Of a stretch of DNA of 64,000 nucleotides, positions 32,971 through 44,440 are shown in pieces; the first letter of the stretch is position 1; each line of letters opens with the position of its first letter. Position numbers and translations under genes: made by a program. Below the pieces are notes generated by a model. It was not told the DNA's origin. It did not search any database and was given only the letters and a program-made list of their open reading frames with translations. This DNA is from Kiritimatiellia bacterium (lineage in GTDB: Bacteria > Verrucomicrobiota > Kiritimatiellia > RFP12 > UBA1067). The stretch lies in NCBI GenBank assembly GCA_050949565.1, contig JBMNFY010000016.1:1-64000 (forward strand). The letters run 5' to 3'.

Positions 32971-34143
32971 ATGAAAGAGAAATCTCATAGCGAACGTCTG
33001 ATGTCGTTGGATGCGTTGCGGGGCGCAGACATGCTTTTCATCATGGGCTTTTCCGGTGCGATCGTAGCGCTTTGCGAGGTCTGCGGCTTCGGGCGCGATT
33101 GTTGGCTGGCAACGCAGATGACGCATGTTGCTTGGCATGGTTTTCGGCACCATGATACGATCTTCCCCCTATTCCTGTTTCTCGCCGGGGTGTCCTGGCC
33201 GTTTTCCTATGCGAAACAGGTCGCGATGGGACGTTCAAAGGCACAGATCGTCCGGAAGATCCTTTTGCGTGCGTTTTGTCTGTTTGCGATTGGATTGATG
33301 TGGTCGGATCTGTTTAGCTTCAACTGGCGGATGTACCGGTGGGATTCCGTTCTGGCGCATATCGGCATTTGCTGGGCTGGCGCGGCATTGATCTTCATGT
33401 TCGTCAAGAATTGGCGTGTACGGCTGGGGCTGGCGGCGGTGATACTCGTTGGTTATTGGCTGATGCTTGTCTGTTTCCGCGCGCCGGACGCAGAGGCGCT
33501 GCTCGCGTCGACAGATCCAGGGGTGATGAAGAAGGTTGCCTCTTACGCGACCTACGGTACAGATAACTTCTCGTTTACGGGGAACATCGTTGGGTGGTTC
33601 GACCGGACGTTCATGCCCGGGCGCCTCCATGAAGGAATTTTCGATCCGGATGGGCTCTTATGCAAGTTGACCGGCCTAGTGACGGCGATGCTCGGCACGT
33701 TCGCCGGTGAACTGTTGCGGCGCACGGACTTGTCCGGCAATCGCAAGACCCTGATCCTGTTGGGGGCGGGGGTGGTTTCGTTGCTCGTGTGCCTTGTCTG
33801 GATGCCTTGGTGCCCGGTCAACAAGAAGATCTGGACGCCGACGTTTGTTCTGGCTGCCGGCTCTTATTCCTTCATCGCTTTGGCTGTTTTTTATTGGATA
33901 ATCGATGTCAGAGGATGGCGTCGTTGGTCATTCTTCTTTCAGGTTATCGGTATGAATGCCATCACCATCTATGTGATTCGTAGAGTCGTTCCTCTGCGTC
34001 CCATCGGAGAGTTCTTCCTCAAGGGTGTTGCATCCAGGGGTGATGCCGCGTGGAGTTCGCTCGTCCTCTCGATGGGCGAGGTTGCCGTTGGATGGCTGAT
34101 ACTCTGGTTCCTCTATCGCAAAAAGGTGTTTCTCAAGGTCTGA
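32971..34143 (+). CDS. HGSNAT/NagX-like (DUF5009) membrane acyltransferase
   Basis: RLMSLDALRGADM, HVAWHGF..DTIFPLFLF, DPDGLL, PVNKKIWTPTFVL, GMNAITIY. Confidence 0.88.
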   Translation: MKEKSHSERLMSLDALRGADMLFIMGFSGAIVALCEVCGFGRDCWLATQMTHVAWHGFRHHDTIFPLFLFLAGVSWPFSYAKQVAMGRSKAQIVRKILLRAFCLFAIGLMWSDLFSFNWRMYRWDSVLAHIGICWAGAALIFMFVKNWRVRLGLAAVILVGYWLMLVCFRAPDAEALLASTDPGVMKKVASYATYGTDNFSFTGNIVGWFDRTFMPGRLHEGIFDPDGLLCKLTGLVTAMLGTFAGELLRRTDLSGNRKTLILLGAGVVSLLVCLVWMPWCPVNKKIWTPTFVLAAGSYSFIALAVFYWIIDVRGWRRWSFFFQVIGMNAITIYVIRRVVPLRPIGEFFLKGVASRGDAAWSSLVLSMGEVAVGWLILWFLYRKKVFLKV

Positions 34144-34145
34144 AT

Positions 34146-35804
34146 ATGAAAAGAAAAACAACAGGATTCGTTGCCGCGGCCGTTGCGCTTGCGGCGGGTA
34201 TTAACGCGGCTGAACTGCCGCCGCTCATGATGATTCGTCTGCGGGCACCGCATACGGCGGATGACGCGCAGTGGGCAAAGACGCGCACCGTGCTCGTCGC
34301 AAACCGCGGCGCGTGCGATGAGGTATGGTTCTCGACGGGCATCGGCGTGCCGACGCTTGCCTGGCACGCTGCGCATGCAGAGCGTCTCGCGCGGTACGCC
34401 GCTGAACTGCGCGCGGCCGGCATCGTGCCGAGCTTGCAAGTACAGGCGACGCTCGGCCATTCCGACGAACTCTCCGCGCTTGAAGGCACGCCTGCGAAGA
34501 CGTGGGGCGGTTTCACTGGACGCGGCGGTACGGAATGCCGTCACTGTAACTGTCCGCGTCAGCCCGATTTCCTTGCCTACGTGCGCGAGATGTCGCGGCT
34601 CTATGCGTCGTTCAAGCCTAGGAGCGTGTGGATCGATGACGATCTGCGTGTCGCCGGGCACGCGCCTGGGTCACCGTGGGGCAAGGTCAAGGACGGCTGG
34701 ATCGGCTGTTGGTGCCCAACATGTCTCGCGGCGTTCAACGCTGAGATGAAGACGAACTGGACGCGCGAAACGTTAGACGCCGCGATGGCGAAGGATACAA
34801 AGCTTTTCGACCGTTGGGAGGCGTTTTCGTTCGCAGGTATCGCCGCCGTTGCACGCGCGATCGCTGAGGAGTTTCACAAGGTTTCGCCGACGACGCGTCT
34901 CGCCTATCAGCACGGCGATTACCGCAACGATTCGCTGCTCGCCGTCTTCCGTGCGCTGCACGAGGCGACGGGACTTCCGGTCGGGTCGCGTCCCGGGGGC
35001 GGCGCGTACTACGACCAGAACCCCAATCTGCAGATGATCAAAGCGTTCGGCGCGGCGTACACTCGGAAACAGTTGGGAAATCCCGACTGGATCGATACAT
35101 GGTGTCCCGAAGTCGAGACGTATCCGCGCGCATTCGCAAGCCGGACGGCGCAGGGCATCATGAACGAGGCGTTTGTCAATCTCGCGCTCGGCATGAACAC
35201 CGTGAGCTTGCTGATTATGGACACGCGCTATGAAACCGACGCATGGTACGGCGAGTGCCTCCTTGCGCCGCTTGCGGCGGAACGGTCTGTGCTCGAGGGC
35301 TATCGCAAACACAACGAAGGGAGTGTTCCCGTGGGGCTGAAGGACGCGACAACAGTATCGAAGGGAAAGCTTTACGAGTTCGCGCTTGTGGGCGTCCCCG
35401 TCGTACCGGGCGTCGGAAAAACGTTCGGCGAAGTGACCAATGCCGATCTGTCGTTCAACCTCAGCGCGATGTCGTCGCGGCAGATCCTTGATCTTCGGCA
35501 ACGGATGGATACGCGCGCTGGCGGCAAGCTGCCCGTTATTGCCGAGACGCCGTCTGTCGGCCTTGTCATACCACGCATGGCGCCCGATGGCGTGCTTCGG
35601 AGCGTCGCATTCATCAACGCGCGCATCGATGTGCAGCCGCCGATTACGTTACGCCTCCGTGGCGTCGCGCCGGACAAGGCGTCCGCCACCTGGCATGCTT
35701 TGCGTGCCGCACCGGTGACGGTGCCGCTTGTTCGCGCCGATGGCGAAACGCGGGCGACCCTGCCGCCGCTTGCCGCATGGAATTGCGGTTGGCTGGAACT
35801 GTAG
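34146..35804 (+). CDS. Secreted putative glycoside hydrolase-like TIM-barrel protein
   Basis: Signal peptide MKRKTTGFVAAAVALAAGINA; TLGH, NCP, VWIDDDLR, GCWCPTCL, SRPGGGAY, PEVETYP. Confidence 0.6.
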   Translation: MKRKTTGFVAAAVALAAGINAAELPPLMMIRLRAPHTADDAQWAKTRTVLVANRGACDEVWFSTGIGVPTLAWHAAHAERLARYAAELRAAGIVPSLQVQATLGHSDELSALEGTPAKTWGGFTGRGGTECRHCNCPRQPDFLAYVREMSRLYASFKPRSVWIDDDLRVAGHAPGSPWGKVKDGWIGCWCPTCLAAFNAEMKTNWTRETLDAAMAKDTKLFDRWEAFSFAGIAAVARAIAEEFHKVSPTTRLAYQHGDYRNDSLLAVFRALHEATGLPVGSRPGGGAYYDQNPNLQMIKAFGAAYTRKQLGNPDWIDTWCPEVETYPRAFASRTAQGIMNEAFVNLALGMNTVSLLIMDTRYETDAWYGECLLAPLAAERSVLEGYRKHNEGSVPVGLKDATTVSKGKLYEFALVGVPVVPGVGKTFGEVTNADLSFNLSAMSSRQILDLRQRMDTRAGGKLPVIAETPSVGLVIPRMAPDGVLRSVAFINARIDVQPPITLRLRGVAPDKASATWHALRAAPVTVPLVRADGETRATLPPLAAWNCGWLEL

Positions 35805-35808
35805 GACG

Positions 35809-37107
35809 CTACGTTCTCAGCTCTTGGATCACTGCGTGCAGATTGTCGAAGAGCGCATCAAGCTTGTCGCACGGCACGGATGAGAAAGCGATGCGGATCA
35901 AGCCCATCAGCACAATGACGCCAGTGCTGCGTGTAGCGAGCAGATGCTTGCGCACCGCTTCGGCATCGATGCCCAGCGGCTTGATGCACATGAAGTACCC
36001 AGAGTTGAAGGGCATCGGGACGAAGGAGTGCGCGTACTCTGGATGTGCGGCAAAGATCGCCTTGATGCGGTCATAGCGCCGCTTGAGCGTGTTAAATTTC
36101 TCCTGCTTCTGCACGGCGTACGCGGGGTTGCGGTAGGCATCCAGCAACAGGCTCTGGCCGATGTTGGTGACGCTGGAGATCGAACCGCGCACCACGCCGG
36201 CGGCCTTGGCTTCAAGCGCTTTGTACTGTGCCGGGGTCGCGTCTTTGCAACCAAAAGTCAGAAAGCCCACGCGGAGGCCCCATACGTAGTCCTCCTTGGT
36301 CGGGCCATCAAGCTTGACTGCCAGCAAGTTGGGGTGCAGGTCGCAGAGGACAGCGAAGAGCGACTCCTTGCTGACGCCCTCTTCATATACGAGGCCGAAA
36401 TAGGCGTCATCCAGAATGGCCACCACGCGCTTGCCGGCCTCAACGGCGCGTTGCAACGCGGCACAGATCGCCTTGGCGTCACTCTCGGTCGCGGTGTAGC
36501 CGGTCGGATTGTTGGGGAAGTTTAGGATCACTATTTTTTTATCACCGGGCGTCAGCAGCAGACGCTCCATGCCTGCCACATTAAAGCGGTCGCCCTCGAA
36601 CATCGGGAAGGGCGTGAGCGTGCCGCCGCACGCCTCTTCAAGTAGCAACTCATAATTGTCCCAGTAGAGATCAGGCAAGATCAGGGACTCGCCAGGATCG
36701 GTGAAAAGGTATCCAGCGACGCCGATTCCGTGGGTCAACGCATGCGTGACAATCGGCAGACTGAAGCTCTTGTCGGCCAGCGAGGGGTTCTTGGTCCGCA
36801 GCATGTCGCGCCAAGTTTCGCGCAACTCAGGTAGGCCGAAGCTCGGGGCATAAAGATAGGCGGTGGAGGGCAGGTTGACCAGCCCTTCGAGGCATTCGAG
36901 GCAGAGCGGGGTGCCATCCTCCTCAAAGGCGGTGCCGATGGTGGCATTGATGGCGGCACCTTTGGCCTCGGCACTTTGGCCGAGAATGCCGCGTGACGGG
37001 AAGAAAGCGCGCCGTCCCTTGGCCGAGAGCATGCTGAAAAGAGAACTACCGCCTGCCTGCAAATCAGCGTTTAGGGCCTGCGCCAATACGTGCGCCTGTT
37101 CCGTCAT
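35809..37107 (-). CDS. Class I/II PLP-dependent aminotransferase
   Basis: INATIG, LNFPNNPTGY, DDAYFG, KLDGPTKEDYVWGLRVGF. Confidence 0.92.
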   Translation of the reverse strand: MTEQAHVLAQALNADLQAGGSSLFSMLSAKGRRAFFPSRGILGQSAEAKGAAINATIGTAFEEDGTPLCLECLEGLVNLPSTAYLYAPSFGLPELRETWRDMLRTKNPSLADKSFSLPIVTHALTHGIGVAGYLFTDPGESLILPDLYWDNYELLLEEACGGTLTPFPMFEGDRFNVAGMERLLLTPGDKKIVILNFPNNPTGYTATESDAKAICAALQRAVEAGKRVVAILDDAYFGLVYEEGVSKESLFAVLCDLHPNLLAVKLDGPTKEDYVWGLRVGFLTFGCKDATPAQYKALEAKAAGVVRGSISSVTNIGQSLLLDAYRNPAYAVQKQEKFNTLKRRYDRIKAIFAAHPEYAHSFVPMPFNSGYFMCIKPLGIDAEAVRKHLLATRSTGVIVLMGLIRIAFSSVPCDKLDALFDNLHAVIQELRT

Positions 37108-37261
37108 ACGATTCCTTCTGAAATTCTCAAATTCTTCCGTCGTTGTGCCGCACTATAACATAACCTGTTGCGTGCGTAAAATGTGAAAGTGTGATTGCGT
37201 AATCGGTGTTTACTTCCCTATCACCCCTGATTTATGATGGAAACGATTTAACGGAATACCC

Positions 37262-38659
37262 ATGACCTCTTTTTTTCAACGTTTGGCCGAACGCCGCCGT
37301 TTTGGCATGCGGCCTGGACTCGACATAATCAACCGCCTGACCGAACGCCTCGGTCATCCGGAGCGTGATCTGGCGGTCATCCATATCGCCGGCACGAACG
37401 GCAAAGGCGCAGTCGCCGCGCTCTGTGAATCGATCTTGCGTGCCGCCGGTTATCCGGTCGCCCGCTATACCTCGCCGCATCTGGTGCGCGTGCATGAGCG
37501 TTATCTGCTCAACGGTGCGCCAGTCGAGGATGCCATGCTGGAGGCCGCCTCGCGCGAGGTCGAAGAGGCCGTGCTCGCGCTGGAAGCGACGCCGGAAGCG
37601 CCTGAAGCCACCTTCTTTGAGTGCCTGACTGCCGTTGCGTTTGTCCTGTTCCGGCAGGCGGGCATTCGGCTGGCTGTGCTGGAAACCGGACTGGGCGGAC
37701 GGCTCGACGCCACCAACATCGTCACGCCGCTGGTCTCGGTGATCACGCGCATCGGGCTGGACCACTGCGATTGGCTGGGCGACACCCTTGAGCAGGTCGC
37801 GGCCGAAAAGGCCGGTATCATCAAGCCCGGACGCCCGGTGGTCTGCGCGGCAATGCCCGATGAGGCGCGTGCCGTGATCGCGGCCACCGCCGCGCGACAA
37901 GGCGCGCATTGCATTGACGCCGCCGACGCGGTCTCGGTCGCGGTTTCGCACAGTACGCTGGCGGGACAAACCTTGACGATCAGCACGCAGGAGCGCACCC
38001 TGCCGCCGACTCACGTGCCGCTCGCGGGAGCCTTTCAGGTTGAAAATGTCTGTACAGCCGTCGCGGCACTCGAGGCCGTCGTGGCCTGTGGCTTGACTGT
38101 ACCCGATACCGCATTTGTCACCGGCCTTGGCTCGGTCTGCTGGCCCGGACGATTTCAGTTGGTGACGGATGACCCGCCTGTGATTGTCGATGGCGCGCAC
38201 AATCCCGACGGTGCGCGTGCCGTGCGTCAAGCGTTGAAAAGCTGCAAGGTCAAAGCACCGGTCGCACTGATCGCGGGTTTCTGCGGCGACAAAGACGCGC
38301 TCGCCCATCTGCGCATTCTCGCTCCGGTGGTCAAGTGCGCGTGGGGCGTGGCCACCTCGAATCCGCGCTCGTTGAGTGCCGACCAGACCGCCGGTCTGTT
38401 GCGTATGGCGGGCATTGATGCAGTGGCGTCCTCATCAGATGTACGCGCAGCGCTCGACGCGGCCCGTGCTTGGGCGCGCGCCAACAACGGCGTGGTGCTG
38501 GTGTGTGGTTCACTCTTTTTAGCTGGCGATGCGTTGACGGCGCTGGATGCCTATCCGTGGCCGGCCGCGCGCCGCGACGACAATGAATGGCTTACTAACC
38601 CGGCCACAAATTATGCTGCAACTCTGGACAGCGCCCACAGCGTTCAAGTGGAACCATGA
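37262..38659 (+). CDS. folC: Folylpolyglutamate/dihydrofolate synthase
   Basis: HIAGTNGKG, YTSPHL, ETGLGGRLDATN, WPGRFQ, DGAHNP, CGSLFL. Confidence 0.95.
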   Translation: MTSFFQRLAERRRFGMRPGLDIINRLTERLGHPERDLAVIHIAGTNGKGAVAALCESILRAAGYPVARYTSPHLVRVHERYLLNGAPVEDAMLEAASREVEEAVLALEATPEAPEATFFECLTAVAFVLFRQAGIRLAVLETGLGGRLDATNIVTPLVSVITRIGLDHCDWLGDTLEQVAAEKAGIIKPGRPVVCAAMPDEARAVIAATAARQGAHCIDAADAVSVAVSHSTLAGQTLTISTQERTLPPTHVPLAGAFQVENVCTAVAALEAVVACGLTVPDTAFVTGLGSVCWPGRFQLVTDDPPVIVDGAHNPDGARAVRQALKSCKVKAPVALIAGFCGDKDALAHLRILAPVVKCAWGVATSNPRSLSADQTAGLLRMAGIDAVASSSDVRAALDAARAWARANNGVVLVCGSLFLAGDALTALDAYPWPAARRDDNEWLTNPATNYAATLDSAHSVQVEP

Positions 38660-38840
38660 AACACATGAAACTTCATGAAAAACGGGGGCACCTTGGCGGT
38701 TTCGGAAAACGCTCAACTTTCAAGTAAGTGCGCAAAATTTGGAGTGCGGTGACAAGAACCGCGCTGCGCGCGGGTCGCGGCACCGCTTTTTCCCTCCGCG
38801 CTGTGCGCGGAGACACTCTTAGTCCGCACTCTTAGTCGAA
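38651..38840. repeat. Composite intergenic repeat
   Basis: 33-bp gaaccatgaaacacatgaaacttcatgaaaaac identical to 51562-51594; tttggagtgcggtgacaag module (inverted near-copy at 42126-42171); cactcttagtc x2. Confidence 0.85.
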
Positions 38841-38861
38841 TACACTGCTAAGGAAACCGAT

Positions 38862-39317
38862 ATGAACAAACCTGCCTCAATTGAAGTGATCGCGCGTGGT
38901 GTCTGCATCGTGGACGACCACATTCTGCTCTGCCACGGCAAGCGCTCCACGCTCACCTATCTGCCGGGGGGCCACATTGAGTTTCGCGAGACCGCGCGGC
39001 AGGCGCTCGAACGTGAAATCGCCGAAGAACTGGGGCGGGCGTCGACAGCCGGCCGCTTTCTCGGCTGTTGCGAACACGCCTTCCTGCAGAACGGCGAGCC
39101 TCACGCCGAGATCAATCTGGTGTTCGAACTCACCATTCCGGGGCTTGCGCCCGGTGCGCCGGTGGAGGCCGCCGAGGCGTGGATCGGCTTCCGCTGGCAA
39201 CCGCTGGATGAACTACGCGCGGCACGGATGGAGCCCGCAGTGTTGTGCGATGCACTCGCCGTCTGGCTGCAACACCCCGGCGGGCATGTCGTTTCAGGCG
39301 ACGCGTGGGTGCCCTAA
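38862..39317 (+). CDS. NUDIX hydrolase
   Basis: LPGGHIEFRETARQALEREIAEELG Nudix box. Confidence 0.9.
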   Translation: MNKPASIEVIARGVCIVDDHILLCHGKRSTLTYLPGGHIEFRETARQALEREIAEELGRASTAGRFLGCCEHAFLQNGEPHAEINLVFELTIPGLAPGAPVEAAEAWIGFRWQPLDELRAARMEPAVLCDALAVWLQHPGGHVVSGDAWVP

Positions 39318-39318
39318 G

Positions 39319-41874
39319 TCAGGGGCATTCGCGCTTAAAGAATTTTTGGCGACCCCGTGGCCATACGGCGTTGGTCGGAGACCACTCAGTATCCAAGCGT
39401 TCCCAGCGATCCGTTAGGCGGTCCTTACCGAACAGCACCGAGACAGGTGACGGCGTCGATGGCCACGCGAGGACAACGTCGTCTGCAGAGACGTTGATCG
39501 CGCCGATACCCGCAGGCGGCACGGGAGTTTGCTGCGGCTCATGACCGATGATGGTGCCATTGTTAATAAACGTGCCGTACACGACGATGGCTCCAAGGTT
39601 GGTGATGGTGCCGTTATTGATAAACGTTACGTTCTGCCCGATGATCAACTCTTGTCCATTCGTGACAATCAGAGACCTGTCCGCAGGAAGCGCTGTGTCA
39701 GCGGTCACGGCACTCGCGGCCCCGTACATCTGCCCGCCGTCCGGTGTGATAAGGACGCCGCGACGGAAATCGAGCCCGGCGACTGGTGTGTTGGCAAAGA
39801 CAAAGGCATTGCCTGAAATGTGTCCGGTCGCCGCTCCCCCGGAAGAACCTCCGCCGATCGCCTCCGCTCTGTAACTTCCCTGCGCCTCTATGACGCCGCC
39901 GTATAGGGTAACGACGCCACCGGTTCCAGCATGACCGCCGCCGATCCCAGCTCCTCCGTACTGGTATGCTGCGCCCCCGCCACGTGCTGTGACATGTCCA
40001 CCTGAAATCGTGACACACCCCGAAGATTCGTACAGGTGGCCCCCGATGCCAGCACTGCTTGCACTTCCCAGTGCCACCAATGCACCGTTCGTCGGACATG
40101 CCGCCACACCTGAGGCACAGTCTATAAACATCGCCGCCCCCTCTGGAACATGCATGCCGGCAGTCCTAGAACCACCAAGGAAGGTGTTGGTTCCTGCAAG
40201 GAAGAGATGCGCGCACGCCCCCGGATACACATCGAAAGCGCACACATCCCCGGCCGTCACGCGGACATTGACGTTTGAAAGAACCAAATCAACATCCGTA
40301 TCCCGAGCCACGCATATTCGGTTTGCTGTGGGCGCGCCTGTTCCGTAGAGCAGGTAGTGCCCTTTCCAACAGAAATTCAGGCATCCATCGGAAAACGTAA
40401 ATCCATAGCCATCGGTGGAAACCGTGTTGACATTGATCTCGATCGGATCGGCCGCACTGCCAGCCAGCCCGACTCCAACCGGCACGGCTCCCGTCACAAC
40501 TCCCGTCCCGCCGATGGGCAAGGCTGAGAAGGCTTGTCCGAAATTGACATATTCGCCGTCGACCGTGAACATGCCATAGACTCTGATGAGCCCGATGTTT
40601 TCAAGAACGCCGTCAACGGCAAGTGTTCCGTACACATTGATGGAACCCGCGTTGGTCACGACGGTCTCTGCGCCAATCGTCAGGGACTGTTCTGCGGCGA
40701 CATCAAACACCACATTTGAAGGTATGCATCAGGAATGGGGAATCGAGACGTGGTCACTGAGCAAGCGTCCCCGGCCATTCGTTGCGATCAGTCCTCCTTC
40801 GCAGGCGATGTTCGAATGGATGAGGTCTGTGATAACTACGGTGTTGCTTCCCGTTATACTCCCTGAACGGGGCAATAGCGTTGCAGTGGCGCGGGGAGGG
40901 GAACCAATGATGCCCGGTAACTGCTCATGAGCACCTACCGCATGAACGATACCGCCTGATATATTGACCGTCCAGCCGCCCTTGTAATTGTCGCCGCCGA
41001 TGGATGCCCCGCCCGAACTGCCACCCGCAGCGGTCACAATGCCGCCAGAGATCGAAATGTCCACCATCGACTCGGCACCGCCTTCACCACAGCCGATGCC
41101 CGCACCGCCATGACCGCCGAATGCCGTCACGTCGCCACCAGAGATGCTGATGGTGCCGCCGCCCGTGCCGCTCCCCGAGTATCCCGCCCCTCCGCCGATG
41201 CCCGCAGCTCCCGATGTTCCACCGTACGCGCGGATCGTTCCGCCGACGATCGTGATCGCTCCACAATTCTGCCCGTCGCACCCGCCGATGCCGGAGCCTG
41301 TTGTCTCACCGACTGCCGCAAGACTGCCGCCAGTCGGCACGGCATCGAAAACCACCGAGGCACCAGCGGGAACCTGAATCCCCGCAGCGTGATTGTAGGC
41401 TTCTCCATATTCTTTTTCTGTGTCAGAGTATATCGGGTGCCAACCGGTGATAAACGCATTGCTCCCCGCCAGCGTCACATAAACAGGGGGACCGTTTTCA
41501 AGGAGAAAGGGCGACAGGTCGGCTTGTCCCGACGTACTGACATAGACGTTGGACAGCATAACGTGCGTCATGCTGTCCTCGCCATACGAAATCGGCGGCG
41601 CAACCCGGATGGCGATGTTCGTCTTCTCGCCTGTTCCCAGAATCAGGTAATGCATGTTTTCGGTTGCAGGGGTCAACTCGACATGATCGCCATGAAACTG
41701 AAACCCTTCATAATAGGCATTTTCATCCAAGGCATTGATGTTAATCACGAACGGCTGATCCGCATCGCCTGGTTCGCCGAAGAGACTCGGTGCCGAACAC
41801 ACGTCCGCAAGGCAAAGCGCATACACGCACGCCTTCCCATTACGTCCAATATGCGATATTCCGGCTCCTGTCAT
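39319..41874 (-). pseudogene. Gly-rich beta-solenoid surface protein split by a single in-frame TGA (40729-40731)
   Basis: Repeated GAAGIGGG / ITISGG.VTA.GG units in both ORFs, which are in the same frame; C-terminal LAWPS...W...KFFK; start approximate. Confidence 0.7.
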
Positions 41875-42016
41875 ATCCACCTGCTTTCTACGCCGCGCAT
41901 TACTTATGCGCAAAGCCCACATGACTTGTTCAAAATGTCGTATATACTACTAGATCAACGCCCCTTCCGCCACCGGAGAAGTCGGGCGTCCTGTACGTTG
42001 CTAAATGCTTCGGACT

Positions 42017-42760
42017 AGCACTAAATACCTGTCCCTTAGTGCCTGAAAAATTTGGAGTGCGGCGGCAAGCGGTATTCCGCGCGACGCCGCTTTTTGAGCA
42101 GGAGTGCAGAGGCAAAGCGGCGCGCAAAGGCGGTGCCGCGACCCGCGCACAGCGCGGCTCTTGTCACCGCAAGATGAACACAGAGCAGCGCCTTTTCTCT
42201 CACGGTTGCGAGCCACTGCGACTGGCGACTGGCGACTCGCGGCTGGATCACCCCTCAAAAAACCTCTGCGTCTCTGCGCCTCTGCGTTAAAAAATCCCGA
42301 GCAGTGCCCCCAAAAATCCTTCGTGTTTCATGTGCGTTTCCTTTGGTGTCATGGGGCGGGGAAGAGGGTTGGGAGCAGGCTGCCGGTGAGCACTAAATAC
42401 CTGTCCCTTAGTGCCTGAAAAATTTGGAGTGCGGCGGCAAGCGGTATTCCGCGCGACGCCGCTTTTTGAGCAGGAGTGCAGAGGCAAAGCGGCGCGCAAA
42501 GGCGGTGCCGCGACCCGCGCACAGCGCGGCTCTTGTCACCGCAAGATGAACACAGAGCAGCGCCTTTTCTCTCACGGTTGCGAGCCACTGCGACTGGCGA
42601 CTGGCGACTCGCGGCTGGATCACCCCTCAAAAAACCTCTGCGTCTCTGCGCCTCTGCGTTAAAAAATCCCGAGCAGTGCCCCCAAAAATCCTTCGTGTTT
42701 CATGTGCGTTTCCTTTGGTGTCATGGGGCGGGGAAGAGGGTTGGGAGCAGGCTGCCGGTG
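42017..42760. repeat. 372-bp tandem duplication (42017-42388, 42389-42760)
   Basis: Two copies that read identically; the unit includes the last ~13 codons of the adjacent GH gene plus a composite repeat. Confidence 0.93.
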
Positions 42761-44375
42761 AGTTCGTCGTCAACCGCGAAGAAGGCGAAGCCGGCGAGAC
42801 GGCGGCGGCGGGTTTCGGCGATCTGCAGCGCGGCGGTGACGGCATCGAACTGGCATTCGTCAGCGCCGCTGCCGAGACCGGGCACGAGTTTGTCCGCTGG
42901 CGCGGCGGCGAGGCACGCGGCGAGCTGTGCGTTGAAATCGGCCGGGCTTTCGGTGTAGATCATCGGGCAGGCGAAGTCGATCAGTCCGTCGCGCAGCCAT
43001 TCGGGCCAGGCTTGGCCGTGCGCGGCAGCGGCGGCGGGCGTGGGGAAGACGGCGGCTGAGAGCGAGACTTCGGGAGCGGCGTCGCGCAGGGCGGCGCGGA
43101 GTTCGCGGATGAAGGTGGTCATGGTGGCGCGGCGAAATTCGGCGAAGGGCGCGGCGAGCGCGCCGCCGGGCAGGACGTCGGCGGGCCAGGCGGCGACGGG
43201 CTGGCCGCGCGCGGCTTCGAAGGCCTTGCGGGTGGCGGGCGCGTAGCAGCCGGTGGTTCCGGGGTAGCGCACGTAGTCGAGGTGGATGCCGGCCACGCCG
43301 CGGCGGGCGAGGGTACGCAGGCTGTCGATCAGCAGGACGCGGTTTTCGGGCAGGGAGGGGCAGAGCCAGGGCAGTGTGTTGCCGGCGGCGTCGCGCATCA
43401 GGCGGTCTTCGCGGGTGAGGCGCGTAATCAGGGCGGGGGCGGCACCTTCGAGCGTCCAGCAGGTGACCCAGGCGTGAAGGGCGGTCTTGTGGCGGTCTGC
43501 GGCGGTGAGGGCTTCCGCCAGCGTATCGACAGAGGCGCGGCGACCGGACTGCGTATAGAGCGGGGTGGCGGCGCTTTGCCAGTGGACGAAAAGGGTGTTG
43601 ACGCGGTGCGCGGCGAGTTGGTCGAGTAGGCCTCGCCAGCCGCGCGGATGGCGGGCGGTCGGCAGCGGATTCCAAGCGGCGCGCATTTCGTTGGCGACGG
43701 TGGCGGCAGGGAGCGGAGCCGGGGCGGCCGGTGGCGGCAGGGGCGCCAGGCCGAGGTTGGGACAGAGGCTGCGGGCAAGGGTGTTCATCAGGGCGGCGGC
43801 GGAGGGGTAGGCCAGCGGCGGGACATGGGCGAACCAGACGCCGCGCGGGGTGAGCGCGCAGGCCGGAATGTCGGTATTGCGGCCGGTATCGTCGGCCCAG
43901 GTGGCCACGACGCGGGCGTCGGTGCCGGGACGGACGGAGGGAGGGATGATGCTGGTGGTGACGTGGGGGACGCGCGCCGGGGCACCGGGCAGGCGCGAGG
44001 GATCGCAGATCAGGGCGGACCAGGGCTGCGCGGGTTCGGAGCCTTGCCAGGTGCCGGGGCGCAGGCCGAGGCTGGCGGCGAGTTGGGGCGAGGCGTTGTA
44101 GAAGACGATAATGCGGCCGTTGCGGTCGACAAAGCGGGTGAGGCGGCTGAGTTGGCGTGAGGGGAGGGTGGGGGAGTAGGGCAGGAGCAGGAGCGTGTAG
44201 GGGTCGAGTGCGTCGAGCGAGTCGTCGATGACGGTGCAGGGGATGTCGGCTTTGGCGAGCAGGCGGACACAGCGGTCGGTGAGGGCGTCGGCGAGGGCGG
44301 TTTCGCCCGGTGCGGTGGTGTCGCTGGCGCGGACGATGGCGACGGCATCGGTGCGGGCGAGCGGGCTGAGCCACG
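42721..44375 (-). CDS. GHL10/DUF187-like glycoside hydrolase; 5' end missing or uncertain
   Basis: EMRAAW, LHAWV, WLCPSLPENR, GIHLDYVRYP, LSAAVF..QAWPEW..GLIDF.CPMIY; no ATG/GTG/TTG before running into the divergent gene. Confidence 0.75.
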
Positions 44376-44440
44376 TGAGAGAATGGACGCAAGCTACAGT
44401 TGGTGAATGGCTTAACCAGCCGGAATAAGGAGTGATGTAA

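Noticed and set aside
42017-42760. DGR template/variable repeat pair
   Set aside because: The copies show no adenine-specific mismatches and no reverse transcriptase is present.
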